This document shows, in pieces, positions 45,870-57,302 of a stretch of DNA of 64,000 nucleotides. The first letter of the stretch is position 1, and every line of letters begins with the position of its first letter. Made by a program: the position numbers and the translations under genes. The DNA is from Candidatus Latescibacterota bacterium (GTDB lineage: Bacteria; Latescibacterota; UBA2968; GCA-2709665), in contig OZ252100.1 in the NCBI GenBank assembly GCA_965248435.1, positions 4,992,001 to 5,056,000 of the forward strand, written 5' to 3'. Under the pieces are notes generated by a model. That model saw nothing but the letters and a program-made list of their open reading frames with translations. It was not told the DNA's origin and made no database searches.

Positions 45870-48044
45870 ATGGAAAAGGGAGCATTCCGTCTGGGGCGGC
45901 CGTTCTGGACCGCGGTCTGTGGGGCCACTGTCCTGATCCTGGCCCTGCTGCTCGGCAGCCCGGAGCGGCTGGCGATGAGCGAGCGGCTCGATCCGACCCG
46001 GCACGCAGAGCTGTTGATCTCCCAGGGGGATTATGGCGAGGCCCTCCGGCTGCTCTCCAGCCTTGGGACCGAGGGACTGGATCCCTGGTCCGTGAACCGC
46101 ATTCTGCTCCAGCGGGCGATCTGCCAGAAGTTTCTGGGGCGCTCCGGAGAGGCGCTCGCCGGATTCCAGGCACTCGATGGGAAGATCGAGCATATCCAGG
46201 ACTATCTGACCTTCTGGCAGGCCGAATGTCTCGAGGGCCTGGGCCGGTCGGGCAGCGCCGCGAAACTCTACCGACGCGTGGCGGCGCTTCAGCCGGCCAG
46301 CCGGCTGAAGGAGTGGGCCGTTTTGAGGGCCGCCGACTTACACCTTGCGAGGAAGCGCGCTTCGGATGCCATTCCGCTCTATCGCCAGCTTCTCGGAATC
46401 AGCCACGAGGAGGTGAGGGCGCTCGTCGGGCTGGCGTCCGGGCTGGAAACGACGGGCGATTCCACGGAGGCGCGCAAGACTCGGCTCCGCCTGGTGAGAG
46501 ACTACCCGGAAACGCCCGAGGCGTTGGAGGCCCTCCGCCAGATGGAACCGCTGAAACAGACCCGCGAGCGATTCTACGGTGGGATTGCCTACAGGGAGCA
46601 CAAAATGCTGCGGCAGGCAGCGACCCTGTTCAGCGAGATCGCCAATGCGTCATCCGAGCATCACTGGAGGGGCAGGGCCCACTACGAACTGGGGCTCGTG
46701 CAGTTCGATCGACGTCAATACCGGTCGGCGGAACGGAGCTTCGAGAAGGCCTTCCGGGTCTACGCCGTTCCGAAGGCACTGTTCGAACTCGGGCGCTGCG
46801 CCGTGAAGACCGGACGGGACACGAGGGGGGTAGAGCAGTTCGAGGCCTATGCCCGGCTCTATCCCAACCTGGGAGGGGCGGCGGAGGCCCTGTGGAATTC
46901 CGCGATGGCCTATGAGCGCAGGCGGAAGCATCGGGAGGCACGGAAGCTCTTCTTGAAGCTGGCCGCCCGGTATCCCCGCAGCTCGTTTGCCGACAAGGGC
47001 CGTTGGCGGGCTGGGTTTGCGCTTTTCCAGGTGAAGGAGTATGAGGAGGCCGCACGCGCCTTCCTGGGCCTGGCCAAGAATACGGAGGAAAGCTACCTGA
47101 GGGACCAGGGTTTTTATTGGGCGGCGAAGTGTTACCACCGGATCGGAAAGAAGGAGGAGGCCGCGCTGCGGATGGAGCAGGCGGCCGAAGGGTTCCCGAC
47201 CTCCTACTACTCGGCGCGGGCCCGGAAGGCGTTGGGACTCGATTCGGAGGTCTATCCGACCGTCCCGGAGTGGTCCCCCGCGGTCGAACAGGAAGGCGAT
47301 CCGTCATCCCCATACCTGACGAAGGGCGACATTCTGGCCGCGCTCGGACTCTACCGGCTCGCGCAGAGGGAGTACGCGCGCGCCGAGCGCGCGCACTCGG
47401 GCGACCGGTTCGCGCTCAACCACCTCCTGCAGCGCTACGAGCGAGTCGGCGCCATGAATCTGGCCCTCGGCATCTCGAGCCGGATCCTGAATCTCGAGCA
47501 GGAAGAAGGCGTACCGATGACGCTCGCTTCCTTCCGCAGGCTGTATCCGACCTATTACTGGGGCGAGATCAGCCACGCCGCACAGCAGCTGGATGTGGAT
47601 CCGAACCTGATTCTGGCGATCATCAGGCAGGAAAGCGCCTTCAACGAAAAGGCGCTTTCCCGGGCCGGCGCCAGAGGGCTGATGCAGGTCATGCCGCTGA
47701 CCGGCCGCATGCTCGCGCGACAGGCGCACGTCAGAAACTTTTCGGTCGACGATCTCTGGAACCCGAGGACCTCGATCCATTTCGGGGCGCAGCACCTGTC
47801 GGACCATCTCAGGTATTTTGACAAGACCGAAGACCGCCGGCTGGGTCTGGCGCTGTCCGCCTACAACGCGGGCCTGAACGCCGCGCGGCGCTGGTCGAAG
47901 CGGCTGCCGGATGACGATGTCGATACGTTCGTGGAGAGCATTCCTTACCGCGAGACCCGGAACTACGTGAAGCTTGTCTACAGAAACTACCAGGTCTACT
48001 CTTACCTTGAGGGAGTGGGACCCGATCAGGAAGCGGTGCAGTAG
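45870..48044 (+). CDS. TPR-containing soluble lytic murein transglycosylase (Slt-like)
   Basis: N-terminal TM, TPR repeats, IRQESAF, GARGLMQVMP, AYNAG, IPYRETRNYV. Confidence 0.9.
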   Translation: MEKGAFRLGRPFWTAVCGATVLILALLLGSPERLAMSERLDPTRHAELLISQGDYGEALRLLSSLGTEGLDPWSVNRILLQRAICQKFLGRSGEALAGFQALDGKIEHIQDYLTFWQAECLEGLGRSGSAAKLYRRVAALQPASRLKEWAVLRAADLHLARKRASDAIPLYRQLLGISHEEVRALVGLASGLETTGDSTEARKTRLRLVRDYPETPEALEALRQMEPLKQTRERFYGGIAYREHKMLRQAATLFSEIANASSEHHWRGRAHYELGLVQFDRRQYRSAERSFEKAFRVYAVPKALFELGRCAVKTGRDTRGVEQFEAYARLYPNLGGAAEALWNSAMAYERRRKHREARKLFLKLAARYPRSSFADKGRWRAGFALFQVKEYEEAARAFLGLAKNTEESYLRDQGFYWAAKCYHRIGKKEEAALRMEQAAEGFPTSYYSARARKALGLDSEVYPTVPEWSPAVEQEGDPSSPYLTKGDILAALGLYRLAQREYARAERAHSGDRFALNHLLQRYERVGAMNLALGISSRILNLEQEEGVPMTLASFRRLYPTYYWGEISHAAQQLDVDPNLILAIIRQESAFNEKALSRAGARGLMQVMPLTGRMLARQAHVRNFSVDDLWNPRTSIHFGAQHLSDHLRYFDKTEDRRLGLALSAYNAGLNAARRWSKRLPDDDVDTFVESIPYRETRNYVKLVYRNYQVYSYLEGVGPDQEAVQ

Positions 48045-48067
48045 GAGGTCACCAGGGGAGTCCGGCC

Positions 48068-48280
48068 GTGGCGGAGCAGGGTGGAAATCGATTCTGGATG
48101 GGGGTCGAAGATCTGTTCATTCTGCTTTCGATCCTCGCCATCTGGCCAACGATTCTGGGTTGGGAAGGGATCGTCTGGGAGGCGCTGAAATACCTGGCCC
48201 TGGTTGGATTGGTCTGGATCTTCCTGCGTCGGGTGAATCGGTATCGGGAACGGCGGGAGGGTGATGGAGGTGAGGAATAG
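48068..48280 (+). CDS. Small two-TM membrane protein
   Basis: Two hydrophobic segments; GGGGAG RBS; follows the slt-like gene. Confidence 0.55.
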   Translation: MAEQGGNRFWMGVEDLFILLSILAIWPTILGWEGIVWEALKYLALVGLVWIFLRRVNRYRERREGDGGEE

Positions 48281-48394
48281 GCCCTCACCCCCGGCCCCTC
48301 TCCCACACGTGGGAGAGGGGAGGACAGAGCAAGAATTTTCCCTCTCCCATTTATGGGAGAGGGATGCCGAGCGAAGCGAGGCAGGGTGAGGGCC

Positions 48395-48994
48395 CTACGC
48401 GGATTGAAGCGCTTCTTCCACCAATGGACGGGCTGCCCGCACCGCACGACTCCTGTGACTGATCTGATTCTTCTTTTCGAGCGGGACCTCGGCGAGGGTC
48501 TTTCCTAAGTCAGGCATCCAAAAGAGGGGATCGTAGCCAAACCCGCCCTTCCCCTTCGGGGCTTCGAGGATGCGCCCCTCGCATTCACCCGCGGCAGTTC
48601 GGACCGTTCCTTCCGGTGTCGAAACAGCGACGACACATCGGAAGCGGGCGGTCCGTTTTTCTTTCGGCAGACCCTCCATCAGCGTGAGGAGCTTTGCGTT
48701 GTTCTCGGCGTCTGATGCGTGATCGCCCGCAAAACGTGCGGAGTGGACGCCGGGCTCACCCGAGAGGGCGTCTACCTGCAGACCTGAATCGTCTGCGAGG
48801 GCAACGCAGCCGGTCGCCCGGGAGGCGGTGAGGGCCTTTTTGGAGGCGTTGGCTTCGAACGTGTCTCCATCCTCGTCCACATCCGGAACGTCCTCGAAGT
48901 CAAAGAGCGATTTCAGATCCAGCTCGGACCCGAGGATGGCGCGGATCTCTTTCAGCTTGCCCGCGTTCCTCGTCGCGACGACGACCGGTTTCAC
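48395..48994 (-). CDS. rdgB: XTP/dITP diphosphatase (Ham1 family)
   Basis: [32 protein letters not shown]. Confidence 0.95.
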   Translation of the reverse strand: MKPVVVATRNAGKLKEIRAILGSELDLKSLFDFEDVPDVDEDGDTFEANASKKALTASRATGCVALADDSGLQVDALSGEPGVHSARFAGDHASDAENNAKLLTLMEGLPKEKRTARFRCVVAVSTPEGTVRTAAGECEGRILEAPKGKGGFGYDPLFWMPDLGKTLAEVPLEKKNQISHRSRAVRAARPLVEEALQSA

Positions 48995-49722
48995 GAGGGT
49001 TCCAGCGGGGTCGAAAGGACGCGGCCCTGGATCGCCGTGATCTGTTGGATGGCCGCACGAGCGAGGGCCATCATCGCGTCCATTTCATCGAGGCTGAACG
49101 GATTACCTTCCGCCGTGCCCTGGACCTCGACCAGCCCCTCCTTTCCCGTCATCACGATGTTCATGTCGACTTCTGCCGAGGCGTCTTCCTTATAGCATAG
49201 ATCGACGACGGGGCCTTTGTCGATGATGCCGACACTGACGGCGGCGACGGAGTCCAGGATCGGGTTCGCCACGATTCGCCCCTCCCGCATCAGGGAGGCG
49301 ATCGCGTCGGCGACGGCGATGTAGGCCCCGGTGATCGATGCGGTTCGCGTGCCGCCGTCGGCCCGCAGCACGTCGCAGTCCACCCAGAGGGTGCGTTCAC
49401 CCAGCTTCTTCAGGTCGACGGCCGCGCGCAGGGCCCGGCCGATGAGCCTCTGGATTTCCTGGCTCCTCCCTTTCACGCCCCTGGTCTCTCTCTGGGTGCG
49501 CGTCTGCGTGGAGCGCGGGAGCATAGCGTATTCTGCGGTCAGCCATCCGGAGTTCCTTCCAGACAGGAAGTGGGGAACTCGATCTTCGACGCTGGCGGTA
49601 CAGATGATCTTGGTATCGCCCATCTCCATCAGGGCGGACCCTTCCGCGTACTTCATGAAGCCTCTGGTGATCTTGACGGGCCGGAGCTCATTCGGGTCCC
49701 GTCCGTCTACGCGAAGACCCAT
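48991..49722 (-). CDS. rph: Ribonuclease PH
   Basis: [37 protein letters not shown]. Confidence 0.96.
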   Translation of the reverse strand: MGLRVDGRDPNELRPVKITRGFMKYAEGSALMEMGDTKIICTASVEDRVPHFLSGRNSGWLTAEYAMLPRSTQTRTQRETRGVKGRSQEIQRLIGRALRAAVDLKKLGERTLWVDCDVLRADGGTRTASITGAYIAVADAIASLMREGRIVANPILDSVAAVSVGIIDKGPVVDLCYKEDASAEVDMNIVMTGKEGLVEVQGTAEGNPFSLDEMDAMMALARAAIQQITAIQGRVLSTPLEPS

Positions 49723-49737
49723 CGAACCTCCTTTGGA

Positions 49738-50600
49738 TCAAAACTTCTGGGCGTGCTGCCTGTAATCTGGGCTTTGGACATTAATAATGTAACACATCTC
49801 GAGGAATCGCGAGTAGATGCGCCCGCCGGCGAGCCCTTTGAGATCCTCGACGTTCTTGTTCGTGGTGATGAAGGTCAGGAGGTTCTCGGTATACCGTGCG
49901 TCCACGAGGTTGTAAAGCATCTCCACTTCCCAGTCCGTGTCCCGCTGAACGCCCAGGTCGTCGATCACGAGAAAAGGGACCGTGCTCATCGTCTCCAGGA
50001 TCGGAATCGCCTGGCCGCGTGTGGGGCTCGATTCGTCGAACGTGTGTCTCAAGGTCTGAAAGAACTTCCGGGAGAGACCGATGAACTTCCCTGGCAGGGC
50101 GCAGTTGAACATCAGTTCGTTGAGCGCGATGCAGGCGAGCAGGGTCTTCCCGCTGCCGGGTGTGCCCCAGAGAAAGAGGCCTCGGGCTGGAGCGGGTGGA
50201 CCGTCCTGCTTCAGGCGTCGTTCCACGAATCGATCGACCAGCGTCGACACCCTTCCCTTCAAGAGGTTCACGCCGGCGATGGGACGCCCGCCCGGATCGA
50301 CTTCCAGAAAGTCGTTCAGGTATTTGTACTGAAACCTGGCCGGGATGCCCGATTCCCGGATCAGTCGGTTGATGTGACGGATCTTCGAACGGTAGGGTCT
50401 GCAGACACACCAGGTCGGCTCCGCCTCCGGGCCGTCGAAGGCCAGGTAGGGGGGACGGCCGCCGCATGTGCACCTGGCCTCGATGTCGGGCGTCAGTTTG
50501 ATCTCGCCGTGCTGACCCGCGACCACCTGCGGGTCATAGACGTAGCCCAGGTCGCCGCTCAGGCCAGGGTGCTCAATCTGATTCCGCGAGTTGTCCTTCA
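49738..50600 (-). CDS. DnaC/IstB-like AAA+ ATPase with N-terminal Cys cluster (start uncertain)
   Basis: CTC..CVC, SGIPARF, GTPGSGKT Walker A, LVIDDLG Walker B, ITTN, RIYSRF.EM. Confidence 0.78.
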
Positions 50601-51742
50601 TACCGGCGCTTGAAGTTTGCGATTCCACGGCCTATGGCCTCCGCCATCTTTTTCTGAAAGGGACCATTCCTGAGACGCTTCTCCTCGGATGGGTTTGAAA
50701 TGAAGCCGATTTCGATAAGCACGGAAGGCATGGCACCCATCGTGCCGCGCATGACGTAAAAGTCGGCCTGCTTGACGCCGCGGTCTTCGAGGTTCTTGAC
50801 CGAGCTTGTGATTGCGGATCCGATCTCTGCCGCGACATCCTGACTCTCTTTCAGGAACTCGCTCGAGAGGAGGCCGAACTGGATCCCGATCAGCTCATCG
50901 CTCCCGTCGTCTTCGACAGAATCCGTGCCGCTTTTCTCGAAACGCACGACGGCGTTCTCGCGTCTGGCCACTTCGGCCGCCTGCTCGGTCCTGGCGTCGG
51001 ACAGAAAGTAGACCTCCGAACCGTTCGACTTGCGTTTTTTGCTCGCGTTGCAGTGAAGGCTGATGAACAGCTTCCCCTGGTTCTGGATGGCCAGTTTCGA
51101 TCGCCGCCGGAGAGAGACGAAGGTGTCCTTCTCTCGAGTGAGAATGGCGGTCATCCCGAGCCGTTTCTCCAGGACCTTCTTCAGCCGTTTGGCGACCTGG
51201 AGGGTGATCTTCTTTTCCTTCGTCCTGCCGGGACCGATCGCCCCAGGGTCCTTGCCTCCGTGCCCGGGATCTATGATGACCCTGTCAAGGCTCCAGCGTT
51301 CGCGAGAGATTTCCGGTTGGGGGATGTCCCTCAAAAGCGATTGCGGAACGATTTCTTTTTGTGGATCACTTTCCGGCGCCCTCAGCCAGGGGTGTCCGGG
51401 CAGGGTCTGAGCAAGTAAGGCAAGAAAAGACTGAGCGGGGATGTGCAGGACCCCATCCCGCAGCTTCGTCTCCTGCGGCATCCTGTGGTCACCATCATTT
51501 ATGACCGCGACGGAAGAGAGCCACGTGAAGACGAACTTTTTTCCTCCCAGTCTCAGCTCGACCTTCCTTTTCAGCGGATGATCCAGGAGGCGTCCGCCCA
51601 GGCTGGCGGCAAGCTCTTCGAGTGAAAAATAGGCGGTGCCGTCGATCTGCACTTCGGGCGGCGGCGCCTTCGTTCCGGCGACCGTGGTGGGAGAGAGCAG
51701 GAGTGCGAGCAGGAAAAAAGAGAGAAGGCTACGAGGGTTCAT
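50573..51742 (-). CDS. N-acetylmuramoyl-L-alanine amidase (Amidase_3)
   Basis: Signal peptide; [31 protein letters not shown]. Confidence 0.92.
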   Translation of the reverse strand: MNPRSLLSFFLLALLLSPTTVAGTKAPPPEVQIDGTAYFSLEELAASLGGRLLDHPLKRKVELRLGGKKFVFTWLSSVAVINDGDHRMPQETKLRDGVLHIPAQSFLALLAQTLPGHPWLRAPESDPQKEIVPQSLLRDIPQPEISRERWSLDRVIIDPGHGGKDPGAIGPGRTKEKKITLQVAKRLKKVLEKRLGMTAILTREKDTFVSLRRRSKLAIQNQGKLFISLHCNASKKRKSNGSEVYFLSDARTEQAAEVARRENAVVRFEKSGTDSVEDDGSDELIGIQFGLLSSEFLKESQDVAAEIGSAITSSVKNLEDRGVKQADFYVMRGTMGAMPSVLIEIGFISNPSEEKRLRNGPFQKKMAEAIGRGIANFKRRYEGQLAESD

Positions 51743-52221
51743 CGTTGTCCACGGCCTGAATGTCTTTCTTTGAACGCGGCTTCCATCTCACGCTGGGCCT
51801 CCCGGCGCGCGATGTCGTGCCGCCGATCGTATTCGCGTTTGCCCTTGGCCAGACCGAGTTCGACCTTGGCCATGCCCCGCTTGAAATAGAGTTTGAGTGG
51901 AATCAGGGTGAGCCCCTTTTCATTCACTTGTCCCCTCATCCGATCTATTTCCCGTCTGTGGAGCAGGAGGCGGCGCTTGCGAAGCGGATCGTGATTGAAC
52001 TGATTGCCCTGCGAGTACTCGCTGATATGCAGGTTGTGCAGGAAGGCCTGACGGTTTTCGACCCTTGCGTAGCTGTCTCCCATGTTGGCCTTGCCCTCCC
52101 GAAGGGATTTGACCTCGGTCCCCCGCAGCTCGAGTCCTGCCTCGATCGTGTCCAGGATCTTATAGTTGTACCTGGCTTTGCGATTCTGGGCGATGATCTT
52201 TATGCCGGCCGGAGTAGACAT
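51739..52221 (-). CDS. smpB: SsrA-binding protein
   Basis: [37 protein letters not shown]. Confidence 0.96.
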   Translation of the reverse strand: MSTPAGIKIIAQNRKARYNYKILDTIEAGLELRGTEVKSLREGKANMGDSYARVENRQAFLHNLHISEYSQGNQFNHDPLRKRRLLLHRREIDRMRGQVNEKGLTLIPLKLYFKRGMAKVELGLAKGKREYDRRHDIARREAQREMEAAFKERHSGRGQR

Positions 52222-52250
52222 CAGGTGTGAGACAGCATTCGGTAAGGTCT

Positions 52251-53102
52251 TCAGTGCGCGCTCAGCATGCGAACGAGCCTGGCAAGGGTCTGGACCGTTT
52301 GTCCCCTGCCCAGGGCCTTGTAGGTATGAGCCAGGTTGACCATCATCCGCGTCAGGATTTCCCGGTCCGAGACCTCCCTGAGGGAATTCTCCTTGAACGG
52401 GATTCCCGAACGCGTCAGCATGTCCGCGCACTCGTTTCGCGTCAGGATCTGACCTTTGTTGAAGGGATCCAGGAAGATATCCCTGTCTTCATCGGTCTTG
52501 TATTTCACGATGAAATGAAAGGGCATTCCTACGCCGGCGAAGGGGAGATCGAGCCGCCGCGCGAGGAGGAGGGTGATTGTCGACAGCGCGATGGGCAGCC
52601 CTCGCTTCCGATCCATCACTCGATTCAAGAAGCTGTTGTCCGGGTCCGGACAGGAGCTGTAGTTCTCCTGCCCCCGGAACCCGTGGGTTTTGAACAGGAA
52701 GTGGTTCATACATCGGATGACCCGGATCGGGTGATCTCTGGAGGAGATTTGAGGCCTCAGGACGGCGGCCATCCGGTCGAGCCGGTCGGCGTAGCGATCG
52801 AGGGCGGCGTCCGGATATCCGAGTTTCGCGAGCGTAAAGGCACCCGCTTCAAGGTCCACGTCGCCTTCTTGTGTCACGGCAAGCCGGCTGAATTGCTGCT
52901 CGAGGGACGGTTCCCTGAGGCGGCGGAGCACGTCTTCGACCTCCTGCCTTGCCCGGGTGCCGACCTCTGCCGCGTCCAGGATCTGGTTGACGCGCGCCTT
53001 CCCCATCTCGAAGAGCTGTTTACGAACGCTGTTCAGGATCTCCTCATCCCTGTCGGAAAGGAGGGAGAGGATCGCTTCGATCTGAGTCGGTTCCAGTCTC
53101 AC
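52251..53102 (-). CDS. SirB1 / transglutaminase-like domain protein
   Basis: [30 protein letters not shown]. Confidence 0.8.
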   Translation of the reverse strand: MRLEPTQIEAILSLLSDRDEEILNSVRKQLFEMGKARVNQILDAAEVGTRARQEVEDVLRRLREPSLEQQFSRLAVTQEGDVDLEAGAFTLAKLGYPDAALDRYADRLDRMAAVLRPQISSRDHPIRVIRCMNHFLFKTHGFRGQENYSSCPDPDNSFLNRVMDRKRGLPIALSTITLLLARRLDLPFAGVGMPFHFIVKYKTDEDRDIFLDPFNKGQILTRNECADMLTRSGIPFKENSLREVSDREILTRMMVNLAHTYKALGRGQTVQTLARLVRMLSAH

Positions 53103-54973
53103 GCCTTCTGCCTCTGTTTCAAGGATACCATCAGCACCGATATGTCGGCGGGCGAAACACCCGGGATCCGGGATGCCTGGCCGAGCGACCTCGGCCGCAC
53201 CCTGGAAAACTTCTCGGCGGCTTCACGCGAAAGGGCGGACAACGTTCCGTAGTCCAACCCATCGGGGATCCTCCGGTCTTCCAGACCCTTGAAACGCGCG
53301 ACCTGTTCCTCCTGGCGTTTGATGTAGCCTTCGTACTTGATCTCTATTTCGACGGATTCCTTCTCGTCTTCGGTGAGCACGAAAGGAGAGGAACAGTGCG
53401 TCTCGACGATCCCGTAGTCGAGTTCCGGCCGGCGAAGCAGGTCGGCCAGAGAGGCGGATTGCGTCAGGGCTGAAGAGCCTGCAGCCCTGAGATCGTGCTG
53501 CACCGTGTCTGAAGGTGAAAGCCTCTGCTGCTCGAGACGTTGCCGCTCTCGCGCGATCGAATCTCTTCGCCGCGCGAAACGATCGAACTGGTCACCTCCC
53601 ACGAGTCCGACGCGGTATCCGAGCTCCGTCAGCCGCAGATCGGCGTTGTCCTGTCGGAGCAGGAGGCGGTACTCGGCCAGGGAGGTAAACATCCGATAGG
53701 GTTCGTCGGCGCCTTTCGTGACGAGGTCATCGATCAACACGCCGATGTAGGCCAGTGACCGGTCGAGGACGAGTGGCGTTTCTTCCTTGACGCAAAGCGC
53801 AGCGTTGATTCCGGCCACGATGCCCTGGGCGGCGGCCTCCTCGTAGCCCGTCGTACCGTTGATCTGTCCCGCGAAATAGAGCCCATCGACCGGCTTGGTC
53901 TCCAGGGTGGGTCGGATCTGAGTGGGGGGGACATAGTCGTATTCGATCGCATAGGCAGGCCGCATGATCTGGGCGTTTCGGAGGCCGGGGATGCTTCTCA
54001 CGACTTCCAGTTGAACCTCCTCCGGAAGGCTCATGGACAGCCCGTTCAAGTAGACTTCAAGGGTGTTGTATCCCTCGGGCTCGAGAAAGACCTGGTGGCG
54101 CTCCTTGTCTGGGAACTTGACGACCTTGTCTTCGACAGAAGGGCAGTAGCGTGGACCCGCGGAAACGATACGGCCGCTGTAGAGCGCTGACCGGTCGAGG
54201 CTTCGCCGAATGATGTCGTGCGTCTCCGGCGTCGTCGCCGTGAGATGGCAGGGGAGCTGCTCCTGGGTGATCTTTTCGGTCCGGTAAGAAAACGGTCTGG
54301 GATGCTCGTCTCCGGGCTGTTCTTCGGTGTCGGCAAAGTCGATGCTGCGGGCGTTCACTCTGGGCGGCGTGCCGGTCTTGAGTCGGCCGAGTTTGAACCC
54401 GAGGCGGCGAAGGCCATCCGACGCGCGTTCTGCAGGGGGCTCGCCTGCACGGCCCGCCCCGTAGCTTCGGTCACCGACGTGGATCAATCCCTTCAGGAAG
54501 GTTCCGGTCGTCATAATGACGGTCCTGCCGTGGATGACCTGATCCGAATCGGTCACGATCCCTTTCACGCGCGAACGATCGACGAGCAGTTCTTCGAGCG
54601 TGCCCTGTTTCAGGTCGAGGTGCGGCTGACCTTCGATCACACGCTTCATCCTGAACTGGTAGGCCTTCTTGTCGGCCTGTGCGCGCGGTGCCTGGACCGC
54701 CGGGCCCTTTCGGAGGTTGAGCATCCGGAACTGAAGGCCCGTCGCGTCGATGTTGAGCGCCATCTCTCCACCGAGCGCGTCGATTTCGCGGACCATGTGA
54801 CCCTTGGCGATGCCCCCGACGGCAGGGTTGCACGACATCTGTGCCACCGTGTCTAGGTTCATCGTGAGCAGCAGGGTCTCGCAACCCATTCGGGCTGCCG
54901 CAAGGGCCGCCTCGGTTCCGGCGTGTCCTGCGCCGACCACAATCACGTCATACTGTTTGTCTGAAGTCCACAT
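53099..54973 (-). CDS. mnmG: tRNA uridine 5-carboxymethylaminomethyl modification enzyme
   Basis: GAGHAGTEAA, MSCNPAVGG, RLKTGTPPR, GPRYCPS, AGQINGTTGYEEAA. Confidence 0.97.
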   Translation of the reverse strand: MWTSDKQYDVIVVGAGHAGTEAALAAARMGCETLLLTMNLDTVAQMSCNPAVGGIAKGHMVREIDALGGEMALNIDATGLQFRMLNLRKGPAVQAPRAQADKKAYQFRMKRVIEGQPHLDLKQGTLEELLVDRSRVKGIVTDSDQVIHGRTVIMTTGTFLKGLIHVGDRSYGAGRAGEPPAERASDGLRRLGFKLGRLKTGTPPRVNARSIDFADTEEQPGDEHPRPFSYRTEKITQEQLPCHLTATTPETHDIIRRSLDRSALYSGRIVSAGPRYCPSVEDKVVKFPDKERHQVFLEPEGYNTLEVYLNGLSMSLPEEVQLEVVRSIPGLRNAQIMRPAYAIEYDYVPPTQIRPTLETKPVDGLYFAGQINGTTGYEEAAAQGIVAGINAALCVKEETPLVLDRSLAYIGVLIDDLVTKGADEPYRMFTSLAEYRLLLRQDNADLRLTELGYRVGLVGGDQFDRFARRRDSIARERQRLEQQRLSPSDTVQHDLRAAGSSALTQSASLADLLRRPELDYGIVETHCSSPFVLTEDEKESVEIEIKYEGYIKRQEEQVARFKGLEDRRIPDGLDYGTLSALSREAAEKFSRVRPRSLGQASRIPGVSPADISVLMVSLKQRQKA

Positions 54974-55064
54974 TTTCGTCGCTCTAAAAAGAACGGGTAC
55001 CGGGAAACCAAAACACGGGTACCGGGTACCGGAAAACTGTCGTTCGCATACCCTATCTAATCGC

Positions 55065-55166
55065 GTGTGGCACGGGCGGCTTGTCCGCCCGTGGAAAACG
55101 ACTCACTTTTTGAATCACAAAACACGTTCATCACTACCCACCGGCAGCAAGCTGCCGGTGCCACAC
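55065..55166. repeat. Inverted pair of GTGG-type REPs (REPIN-like)
   Basis: gtgtggcacgggcggcttgtccgcccgtg ... caccggcagcaagctgccggtgccacac. Confidence 0.7.
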
Positions 55167-55302
55167 CACCTACTTTGCTTGATCAACTTCAAGCTGATTC
55201 CGGAGCTCAATCAATTGCCCGCGATCGACGAACGACGATCAACGATCCACGGTATTTAGCTGCCAGTGAAGAACGATATTTCCTTCCCGTTCCCCTCCAG
55301 GT

Positions 55303-56328
55303 CTACGATGCTCGATCCTCGAACGTCTCTACCTCAAAGCCCAAGTCTTCGATCATCTGGTGGGCTTCGTAGATCCCCTGACCGCCGGTCGTCAGATAGC
55401 CGTCCACGAACATGGAGTTGGCCGGGTAGAGCGAAAGGGCCTGAAGGGATCGCAGATTGTGTTCTCTGCCCCCAGCCACACGAATCTCTTTGCTCGGGTT
55501 CAGGAATCGGAAGAGGCAGAGGACCTTCAGGCAGAATTGCGGCGTCAGGTCGTTTTTTCCCTCGAGCGGTGTCGCATCGATCGGATGGAGGAAGTTGACC
55601 GGGATGGAATCGACGTCGAGTTCCCTCAGGGCGAGCGCGAGGTCGACGATGTCTTCCTCCGCCTCTCCCATTCCGATAATCCCCCCGCAGCAGATCGAGA
55701 GGCCGACCTTCTTCAGGATCCTGAGCGTCTCCAGCCGATCCTCGTAGGTGTGCGTGCTGCAGATCTCCGGATGGTGGCTGCGACTGGTGTTGAGATTGTG
55801 GTTCACCCGATCCACGCCGGCCGCTTTGAGGGCGCTGGCCTTGTCCTCATCCAGAAGGCCCATACAGCAGCAGATCTCGATGTCGACGGAGCGTTTGATC
55901 TCTCTCACGACGTCGGCCATCTCGTCCACCTCGCCGCGCGTCGGTCCTCGCCCGCTCGTGACGATACAGAACCGCAATGCCTTCGCTTCCTTTGCCTTGT
56001 GGGCATCCTGGAGGATCTGGTCCTTCGAGCGCAAGGTATATTTTTCGATCGGTGCCGAAGAAACGGAGGACTGCGAACAGTAGGCACAGTCTTCCGGACA
56101 GAGGCCGCTCTTCGCGTTCATCAGGAGGTGGAGGTGGACGCGACGTCCAAAGTAATGTTCTCTGACCTGGAACGCTGCTCCGAGGAGGGAGAAGAGTTCA
56201 TCGTCCGGACACTGGAGGACGGACCGGGTTTCGGGCCCTGACAGGATTTCATCACCGAGTGCCTTGTCGGCCAAGCGAGTAAAGAGCGAGGGCTGAGAGA
56301 CCGCTTCGAATGTGCTGGAAATGTTCAT
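55303..56328 (-). CDS. bioB: Biotin synthase
   Basis: CPEDCAYCSQS radical SAM motif, NHNLNTS, CCGGIIGMGE, SIPVNFL, RVAGGRE; start MNISS. Confidence 0.95.
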   Translation of the reverse strand: MNISSTFEAVSQPSLFTRLADKALGDEILSGPETRSVLQCPDDELFSLLGAAFQVREHYFGRRVHLHLLMNAKSGLCPEDCAYCSQSSVSSAPIEKYTLRSKDQILQDAHKAKEAKALRFCIVTSGRGPTRGEVDEMADVVREIKRSVDIEICCCMGLLDEDKASALKAAGVDRVNHNLNTSRSHHPEICSTHTYEDRLETLRILKKVGLSICCGGIIGMGEAEEDIVDLALALRELDVDSIPVNFLHPIDATPLEGKNDLTPQFCLKVLCLFRFLNPSKEIRVAGGREHNLRSLQALSLYPANSMFVDGYLTTGGQGIYEAHQMIEDLGFEVETFEDRAS

Positions 56329-57302
56329 CAGTACGTGCCCGCAACCCTTCCTCTCTGCTGGATGAGCGGGAGAACAACGTCTATCGTCGGCGTTTCTACC
56401 CCGACGAGACGTCCCACCTCCTGAACAACGGTCAAAAGCGCGTCGACTTCCATAGGCCTTCCCCGTTCGAGGTCCTGAAGCATCGAAGTCTTGTGGGCGC
56501 CCACGGCTGCCGCGCCGGCGATGCGCTTGTCGACGTCCACACCGAACCGAACACCCAGTTTCTCCCCGATCGCCTGCGCCTCCAGCATCATGGACCGCGC
56601 GACGGATTGCGTTCCAGGATCCGTGGCGATCACGTCGAGCGTCTCGTGGGTCAGCGCGCTGATCGGGTTGAAGCAGAGGTTGCCCCACAACTTGGTCCAG
56701 ATCTCGTTTCGGATCTGGGACCGTATGGGCGCTTTGAGCCCGGCCTTCTTGAGAGATTGGCTGAGTTTTGCGATTCGCTCGGTCTTTTCTCCGCTCGGCT
56801 CGCCAAGGGTGAATCGATCCCCCTTGATGTGCTGGATGACGCCCGGCTCGGTGACCTCGGCTGCCGGATAGATCACGCAGCCGATGGCGCGCCCCGGGCC
56901 GATTCGGTCCCAAATTCTGCCCCCGGGGTCAACGCTATCGAGACGATGATCCCGCCAGGGGCCTTCCACGCGATAGAAGTACCACCAGGGTATCCCGTTG
57001 ACGCCGTGGACGACCGCGGTCTCCGGACCCAGGAGCGGCTGGATGGTATCGACGATGCCGGGCAGGGCGTGGGCCTTGAGCGTGATAAAAACGACGTCCT
57101 GGGGGCCCACTTCGGCGGGGCTGTCGGTGCAACCGGGATGGGCGAAGCGTTCCACGCCGCCGGTGAGCAGCTTGACGCCGTTTGACCGCATCGCTTCCAG
57201 ATGCGGGCCCCTTGCGATCAGCGTGACGTCTTCCCCCGCCAGCGAAAGCTCGACGCCGAGATAGCCGCCGATCGCGCCGGCGCCGTAGATGCAGATTCGC
57301 AT
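56328..57302 (-). CDS. Ketopantoate reductase family protein (PanE-like, possibly oxalyl-CoA reductase)
   Basis: GAGAIGG, LKAH, NGIPWWYF, KLWGN..FNP, TSMLQD..RPME. Confidence 0.85.
   Translation of the reverse strand: MRICIYGAGAIGGYLGVELSLAGEDVTLIARGPHLEAMRSNGVKLLTGGVERFAHPGCTDSPAEVGPQDVVFITLKAHALPGIVDTIQPLLGPETAVVHGVNGIPWWYFYRVEGPWRDHRLDSVDPGGRIWDRIGPGRAIGCVIYPAAEVTEPGVIQHIKGDRFTLGEPSGEKTERIAKLSQSLKKAGLKAPIRSQIRNEIWTKLWGNLCFNPISALTHETLDVIATDPGTQSVARSMMLEAQAIGEKLGVRFGVDVDKRIAGAAAVGAHKTSMLQDLERGRPMEVDALLTVVQEVGRLVGVETPTIDVVLPLIQQRGRVAGTY

Noticed and set aside
49738-50628. IS21 element or prophage around the IstB/DnaC-like gene
   Set aside because: No istA, inverted repeats or phage genes; flanked by core genes.
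51700-52260. tmRNA gene next to smpB
   Set aside because: The neighbouring genes abut smpB, and no tRNA-like ends were seen.
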